Positions 56,806-64,000 of a stretch of 64,000 nucleotides of DNA are shown here, piece after piece; the first letter of the stretch is position 1; each line of letters begins with the position of its first letter. The notes beneath the pieces are model-generated. The model made no database searches. It had not been told where the DNA came from and worked only from the letters and a program-made list of their open reading frames with translations. A program made the translations under genes and the position numbers. Source of the DNA: Anolis carolinensis (lineage: Eukaryota); assembly GCF_035594765.1 (NCBI RefSeq), contig NW_026943819.1, positions 14,930,703 to 14,994,702 of the forward strand. The letters run 5' to 3'.

Positions 56806-59746
56806 TATATTCCGCTCTATGTCCCTGAAGGGACTCAGAGCGAATTATAGGTACACATATGGCAAACATTCAATGCCGTTATTAAATTGACAAAGAAAGT
56901 ACAGTACATAAACAGAAGCAAGGCTTCCTTTTTTTTTCCATCCCCGGCATCTGGAGGCTGTGCTCGACCCGGCCATTAGATGTGCTGTTGTTCCATTCTT
57001 CCATGCCGAGGAGCTTGTAATTTGTGGACACCTTCCTGATTGAATCGTTGGCATGTTTTTCAAACTGCTAGGTAGGCAAAAGCTAGGCTGACGGAAGGAG
57101 CTCACCCTGCCTGTGGCTTGAATTGCTGACCTTCCGGTTGGCAAAATCTTCTGTAGCTGGTGGTTTAACCCGCTGTGCTATACGCCTGTAACTTTAGGCT
57201 GATGAAAATGTATTTATGCTTGTTTCCTGCCTCCTTCCATCTGCAACTGGTATTTTCCGTCTCATTATTTTATTCATGGATCCAAAACCCCACTACAAGA
57301 TTTAACCATTCCCTCTTTTCCTTTGCACCATCCAGGCCCGACGTTATGCTGCTTTGAAATCTGGAGAACTGCCTTCTTGTGAGAGCCTCAAGGATACCAT
57401 TGCTCGTGCCTTGCCCTTTTGGAATGATGAGATTGCTCCCCAGATCAAAGCCGGCAAGAGAGTATTAATTGCTGCCCATGGCAACAGCCTTCGAGGGATT
57501 GTCAAGCACTTAGAAGGTAAGGGTCAACCTATGCAGCACCTGTCTTGAACATACAGTGCCAGTATTCTTCCATTCCACCTGTCTTGAAACCTTCAGGGAA
57601 AGGAGCCACTAAGCAGAGTTGGGACTCTTAAAAGATAGAGAAAGATAGCCTCATAGAATTATGGAGTTGAAAGAGACCACAAGGACCATCCAGTCCAACT
57701 CCCTTCTGTCATTGCTCTATGTCCTAGGGCCCTTCCATACAGCCATATAACCCAGAATATCAAGGCAGATAATCCACAATAACTGCTTTGAACTGGTTTA
57801 TCTGAGTCCACGCTGCCATATAATCGAGTTCAGAGCAGATAATGTGGGGTTTTATACAGCTGTATGTCTCCAGAGCAGCAGAAAATAAACTTGTCTACTC
57901 CTCAATACCCTTTCAAATATTTAAACATGTTTCTCACATCCCCTCTGGCAGCAGAAGCCGATGAGACAGTGAACAGTGGTAATGTGTTCTAAGACAGACT
58001 TTGCATCCTACCCAGCCTGTTCTACTCCTATAATTGCAATAGTTTGCGCCATTACCAGTGTTGTAATGCAATTGAATTACCAACCTGTTGGGCTTCAAAG
58101 TATGAAACTACAAGACGAGCACGCCTTCAAAGACTGGTTTAGTAGGAGATGCTTGCAGAGCGTCCCCGAGGCCAGGGTATCAGAAAAGACGGCTGTGCCC
58201 ACTATCATGAAAAGCTATATCACTTACAGGTGACCTTTAGTTAGGCTGATGGCCAGGGCTGTGGCTTCCCAGTTATGCACTCAGACTCTTTCACTTGGAC
58301 ATTTACGGCTCTTGTCAGTCTTGGGAAACACTTTTATCTGTCTTGCTGCAGGAAACAATCCTGAATAGCACAGGGCACCTTCCCTTATGGAAGGGAAAAG
58401 TAGTCATGTTGACGATAAGAAAATTTTTCAAGAATTCCTATGTGTGTAAGGCCAACCACAAGCACACAAAAATTAGTGTATACATTTCAGATCTTTGGAT
58501 CTCCTTTCTCAAAAGGTGGAGAAACAGACATGATGTTGAAATTGTAGCATTGTTATGATGTTTTAGGATGGAATAAAACAAGGAAGGTCTGCTCAGATTC
58601 AAACCAGGCTTTATTGCACAAGATTAGGCAACCCCGGATGCAGGAAGGGCTGGGGAGTATATTATTCTTGCTTGGGAAAACATAAAAAGACCAGTTTACT
58701 AGTAAAAAAATGAATGGCTATAAGCAGACAGCGAATTCACATGTCTGCAGCAGTGCGACAGATGACATGGGGTGCTTCTTGTCAAAGCAAAATCCTTAGC
58801 TGTTGATAAAAGAGCCCAGTGCTCTTTGACACGCAGGCTGCTGAAGGTTGCATTGCTATTTCCAGTCTGGAGTTGCATTACAAGATTTAAGTCTAGTACA
58901 GCAGAGGAAGGTCTCCTTCCCAGGCTTGGCAACTACTTTCTTCTTATTATCAGTCCCGGCCGGTAGCCTTTCTGCCTACTGCCTCTACCCTAAGATTTTG
59001 TTTCCCTGACCTCTGTGAATGCGCCTGTCCCAAATGTCACAGCCATTCCATGAAGGCTTGCTACAGTTTGAGAAGAAGAAAAGGCACCGAATGGTAGAGG
59101 TCAGGCAAGGTGACACACTCCTGTATGTCTGCAATTCCCATAATGCCCTCTGCTGGTGGCTTCCTAAGAGACTTCATCTCCTCCAATGGAATTTGCAAAA
59201 TGCACGTAGCTTACTGTAATCAGTAGAAGTGTGCAAAGCTTTTTGGGAAAAAAAACATAACTTTTTGGAAAAGGATGGAAATCATAACCTTATTGAAAAA
59301 TGATGTCATATCCGTTTGGCAAATATGAATCTCCATAGACATCTGGAGACCACCTTTTGAAAACCACTAGTCAAGAAAAGGCATGGCCTTGTTAAAATTC
59401 AATCCTTTGAACAAGTGACTTCTGGGATCTAATTTGTATTTCACAAAAAGTTAGTTTTGATCACTAATAAAAACAGTGCAGGCTAGTTACTTTCGTGAGC
59501 CTATTGCAAAATCTGGTTTTGAGAGAGAATAGGAGAGAATTGTTGACCTGTTTCACCCCCCAACCCCTTCCCCCAGGGATGTCTGATGCAGCCATCATGG
59601 AACTCAACCTTCCAACTGGGATTCCCATCGTGTATGAATTGGACGACAACCTGAAACCTACGAAGCCCATGCAGTTCCTGGGTGACGAAGAAACCGTAAG
59701 GAAGGCCATGGAAGCTGTGGCAGCCCAGGGCAAGGTCAAGAAGTGA
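54914..59746 (+). CDS. PGAM2: Phosphoglycerate mutase 2 (muscle), 254 aa, 3 exons
   Basis: Exons 54914-55327, 57336-57516, 59577-59746 (414/181/170 nt). RHGES phosphohistidine motif, [15 protein letters not shown]; [11 protein letters not shown] and 3-exon layout favour PGAM2 over PGAM1; AATAAA 59773-59778. Confidence 0.95.
56030..56362 (+). mobile_element. Sauria SINE in PGAM2 intron 1
   Basis: Colinear with 34841-35170. Confidence 0.8.
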
Positions 59747-60231
59747 GAAGAAGAGGGACAAGGCATTGGTGAAATAAAACATCTGAAAAACTCACTTGCA
59801 TGATTGAGATTTGTCCAGTCAAGGGAGAGGTGTGGCTGACATTTTGGTGTGTTGATTATAGAATCATGCTATATGTACATTACTGGGAAAGAAATAAGAA
59901 TGTGTCATAGCTGAGGAAACGGAGTTTGCACATGGTAAGATACTGTCAGTGGCCTTCATTGGAACGGGTGTCCTTGCTTCATTTGAAACATGCATAGTTC
60001 ATCCTCAGTGACGAATAACTAATTTCCATTTTGTAGGGTAGTTTGGGGGCATTTTAATAAATTACATTCAAAGTACAAATACACATTGAATAATAGAATG
60101 CACCGCATAATTTCAAAAGGAAAATAACAGCAAAGCACTTGTATAGAACATGAAAAGCAATAGATCACTCTTGAAAAATGGTGTGCCATAAAATTTGATT
60201 GTAACCTGTACTCAAGACAGGAGGCTACTGT

Positions 60232-61250
60232 TAGGACTTCTCCTGAATTCCCCACCTTGAGGACTATTCCCGTATTCCCCATCTTGAGGACTACTCCCGT
60301 AATCCCCATTTTGAGGACTACTTCCGTAATCCCCATCTTGAGGACTACTCTCATATTCCCCACCTTGAAGACTACTCCCGTATTCCCCATCTTGAGGACT
60401 ACTCCCGTAATCTCCATTTTGAGGACTACTCCCGTATTCCCCACCTTGAGGACTACTCCCGTATTCCCCACCTTGAGGACTATTCCCATATTCCCCATCT
60501 TGAGGACTACGCCCATAATCCCCATTTTGAGGACTACTCCCGTAATATCCATTTTGAGGACTACTCCCGTAATACCCATTTTGAGGACTACTCCTGTATT
60601 CCCCATCTTGAGGACTACTCCCGTAATCTCCATTTTAAGGACTACTCCCGTATTCCCCATCTTGAGGACTACTCCCGTAATCTCCATTTTAAGGACTACT
60701 CCCGTATTCCCCATCTTGAGGACTACGCCCATAATACCCATTTTGAGGACTACTTCCGTAATCTCCATTTTGAGGACTACTCCCGTAATATCAATTTTGA
60801 GGACTACTCCCGTATTCCCCACCTTGAGGACTACTCCCGTAATCCCCATCTTGAGGGTTACTCCGGTATTCCCCATTTTGAGGACTATTCCCGTAATCTC
60901 CATCTTGAGGACTACTCCCGTAATCTCCATTTTGAGGACTACTCCCGTATTCCCCATCTTGAGGACTACGCCCATAATACCCATTTTGAGGACTACTTCC
61001 GTAATCTCCATTTTGAGGACTACTCCCGTATTCCCCATCTTGAGGACTACTTCCGTAATCTCCATTTTGAGGACTACTCCCGTATTCCCCACCTTGAGGA
61101 CTACTCCCTAACCCCATCTTGAGGATTACTCCTGTATTCCCCATCTTGAGGACTACTCTAATCTCCATCTTGAGGACTACTCCGGTATTTCCCATTTTGA
61201 GGACTACTCCCGCAATCTCCATCTTGAGGACTACTCCTGTATTCCCCATC
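60232..61250. repeat. 27-bp minisatellite, about 37-38 units
   Basis: Unit ttgaggactactcccgta(t/a)t(c)(c/t)cca(t/c)(c/t); produces the 9-aa periodic ORFs on both strands. Confidence 0.97.
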
Positions 61251-61851
61251 TGTTCTGTTTAATTGGGGGAGTGGCATTTGAATGTGGATGCAAGGCTTGT
61301 AGAAAGGATGCCTTACCTTAAAATGTCATTTCATCTTTCTCCAACCTCAGAACCATAAGGGTTGTGGGGTTGCAATTCCCATTATCCCCAATCCGCACGG
61401 CAGATAATCCAAAGTGATTGGGAGGTGTCATTCAATAACACCTGGGGACCCAAACTGGGTAAAAACTAAAGAGCACCAACCACGATGCATGTCCATAAAG
61501 GTACTGTTCCATTATCCGGGCAGACTTCAAAAAGGGGCCTAGGCTAGGCATTGGGCCTTCACTCCAGGTGTTTTGGACTCCAACTCCCACCATTCCTAAC
61601 AGCCTCAGGCCCTTTCATTTTCCCCCTCAGCCGCTTAAGCGGCTGAGGGGGAAAAGGAAGGGGCCTGAGGCTGTTAGGAATGGTGGGAGTTGGAGTCCAA
61701 AACACCTACCGGGCCCGTTTGCCCATGCCTGATGTATGTGTGTGCGTGTGTATGATATATTCACACATATATACTTATACACAGTATAGTTGTCGCTCTG
61801 CATCCAGGGATCCTCCCTCCATGAATTCAACAGCCCTTTGAAGACAACCAT

Positions 61852-62000
61852 GGGCCCTTCCACACAGCCATATAACCCAGAATACCAAGGCAGATAAACC
61901 ACAATATCTGCTTTGAACCTGGTTATCTGAGTCCACACTGCCATATAACTCAGTTCAAAGCAGATCATGGGGGATGGTGTTCAGCTGTGGGGAAGGGGCC
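61852..62000. mobile_element. Short GGCCC-terminated MITE (Harbinger-like)
   Basis: ggcccttccacacagc ... gctgtggggaaggggcc; relatives near 36053, 46585, 57728. Confidence 0.6.
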
Positions 62001-62029
62001 TGAGTTAAACCACTGAAACTCCACGCTTT

Positions 62030-62229
62030 CCACTTTTCTGAAGCGGAACCATTCCATTGGCTCGAGAGGAAGCCATTGCGGACGGCTTTTCCCGACGGAC
62101 TCGGAACCGGAAGTGTCCGTCGGCGCAGCAGAGCCGAGGTTGCCGTGGTAGCGGGAGGGAGGGAAAAACGGGGGTTTAGGCCCTTCTTCCGGTTCGGAGG
62201 AGTCCCGGGGTTGCCGCTTCTCGGGTGCC
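62030..62229 (+). promoter_or_regulatory. NUDCD3 CpG-island promoter / 5' UTR
   Basis: CpG-rich, TATA-less; ETS site ACCGGAAGTG 62106-62115; X-box-like GTTGCCGTGGTAGC 62139-62152. Confidence 0.7.
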
Positions 62230-62415
62230 ATGGACATGACGGACATGTACGACCAGGCCTTGCTGGGCATCCTGCAGCACGTGGGCGACGTGCAGGGCTT
62301 CCTCCGCGCCCTCTTCGGCTTCTTGTACCGCAAGACGGACTTCTACCGCATCCTCCGGCAGCCCGACGACCGGCTTGGCTTCCCCCCCGGCGTGGCGAGG
62401 AGCATGGCCCTCCAG
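62230..62415 (+). CDS. NUDCD3: NudC domain-containing protein 3, first coding exon
   Basis: MDMTDMYDQALLGILQHVGDVQGFLRALFGFLYRKTDFYRIL...GFPPG; Kozak gccATGg; cag|gtgagt donor. Confidence 0.93.
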
Positions 62416-62654
62416 GTGAGTCGCCTTCGGGCCCGTGTGAATATTGCAATTGGCCAGCTTGATTAGCATTGAATGGCCTTTCAGCTTCAAAACCTGGCTG
62501 CTTCCTGCCTAAGAAAATCCCTTTTTTTTTTGGAGGTGTTATCTGGCTCTGATTGTTTCCTGTCTGGAATTCCCCAATTTTTTTTGAGTAGTCTTGCCGT
62601 TCTGGGATAAAAGTGGCATATAAATTAAGTCATAGAATCATAGAATTGTAGAGT

Positions 62655-63335
62655 TTATTTATTATTTATTTACATCACTTTTACCCCGCCTTTCTCTCCG
62701 AGGAGACTCAAAGCGGCTTACAGTAAATAGGCAAAAATTCAATGCCTAAAAACAATGTAAAAACAACAATTCATATAAAACAATCTACAAAACAACAGTT
62801 CATATAAAACAGATACCATTACAAAATAAAATCACATTATATAAAATTTTAAGAATGTCCAAGATTAAAATCCATTCATCCAGAATCCTCAAGTCTTTGT
62901 ACAGGTCATGTAAAGTCCATGTTCTCATTCATTAAAAGCTTGCGTGCACAACCATGTCTTTAAGGCTTTCCTGAAGCCTAGAAGAGTTGGTATCTGCCGT
63001 ATGTTGCTGGGGAGGGTGTTCCACAGCTGAGGAGCCACCACCGAGAAGGCCCCGTCCCTCGTTCCCACCAGCCTTACCTGCGAGCCCCCCCCCCCCCCCC
63101 AATGATTTAAGAGTTCTAGAAGGCTCATAGGGGGAGATAAGTTCAGACAGGTAAGATGGGCCAGAACCATTTAGGGCTTTGTAGGTCAAAACCAGCACTT
63201 TGAATTGGGCTCGGTAGCATATCGGCAGCCAGTGGAGCTGACTCAACATGGGAGTAGTACACTGTTATTAGTCTGGCTGCCGCCCGTTGTACTAGTTGGA
63301 GCTTCCGAGCTGTCTTCAAAGGCAGCCCCACGTAG
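62655..63335 (-). mobile_element. L2-type LINE 3' fragment
   Basis: GLPLKTARKLQLVQRAAARL, LHWLPICYRAQFKVLVLTYKALNG, (TTTA)n tail. Confidence 0.8.
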
Positions 63336-63339
63336 AGAG

Positions 63340-63836
63340 CGTTGAATTGGAAGAGACCTCACAGGCTATCCAGTCCAACCCCCTGCAAAAAGCAGGAAAA
63401 TCTCATTCAAAGCATCCCCGACAGATGGCCATCCAGCCTCTGCTTAAAAGCCTCCAAAGAAGGAGCCTCCACCACACTCTGGGGGATAGAGTTCCACTGC
63501 CAAACAGCTCTCACAGTTTGCGTCCTAGTCTGCAGGGCAGCAGCAAACAAGCTCGCTCCCTCCTCCCTATGACTTCCCCTCACATATTTGTACATGGCTA
63601 TCATGTCTCCTCTCAGCCTTCTCTTCTGCAGGCTAAACATACCCAGCTCTTTAAGCCGTTCCTCATAGGGTTTGTTCTCCAGACCCTTGATCATTTTAGC
63701 TGCCCTCTTCTGGACGCTTTCCAGCTTGTCAACATCTCCCTTCAACTGCGGTGCCCAGAATTGGACACAGTATTCCAGGTGTGGCCTGACCAAGGCAGAA
63801 TAGAGGGGGAGCATGACTTCCCTGGATCTAGACGCT
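63340..63836 (-). mobile_element. CR1 LINE 3' fragment
   Basis: LYSALVRPHLEYCVQFWAP...LESVQKRAAKMIKGLE...YEERLKELGMFSLQKRRLRGDMI. Confidence 0.9.
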
Positions 63837-64000
63837 AAGTTAATCAGTCAGGCCCTTTGAGAGGCCCTCGGCATATGGTCTGGGATAACAGATTGTCCTC
63901 TCTATGAATCAGCTGACCTATTTGCCAGGCCTCCTATGCTTATAGGTTAACCATTAGCTTCCGATTTGATTTCTAACAATTTCAGGCTTTCAAAAACTTT

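Noticed and set aside
60019-61249. 357-aa, 284-aa and 152-aa ORFs with 9-residue periodicity
   Set aside because: By-products of a 27-bp minisatellite whose unit lacks stops in those frames; no splice or promoter context. Not a CRISPR array either, as there are no unique spacers.

Overview
Vertebrate genomic DNA. The repeat content (Sauria SINEs, Penelope-like, Dong/R4, CR1/L2, hAT/Tc1 MITEs, Helitrons) points to a squamate, probably an Anolis-type lizard (inference). Four host genes lie on the + strand: the last 12 coding exons of ZMIZ2 (1-13488), complete PPIA/cyclophilin A (25061-29856, 5 exons), complete PGAM2 (54914-59746, 3 exons) and the first exon of NUDCD3 (62230-62415). The main element is an apparently intact ~5.95-kb DIRS1-type tyrosine-recombinase retrotransposon (40365-46315). 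It has inverted terminal repeats, an internal complementary region that exactly spells the circle junction, three open overlapping ORFs (Gag-like; RT-RNaseH-adenine methyltransferase-like; tyrosine recombinase) and inward-facing TATA/Inr promoters in both ITRs. Non-coding structure includes five hammerhead-ribozyme motifs in Penelope-like repeats, a foldback MITE with a CTCF-like motif in each arm, an internally deleted Dong/R4 element inside (TAA)n, nested Helitrons, a 27-bp minisatellite and several isolated hairpins. All coordinates were read by eye and no searches were run.
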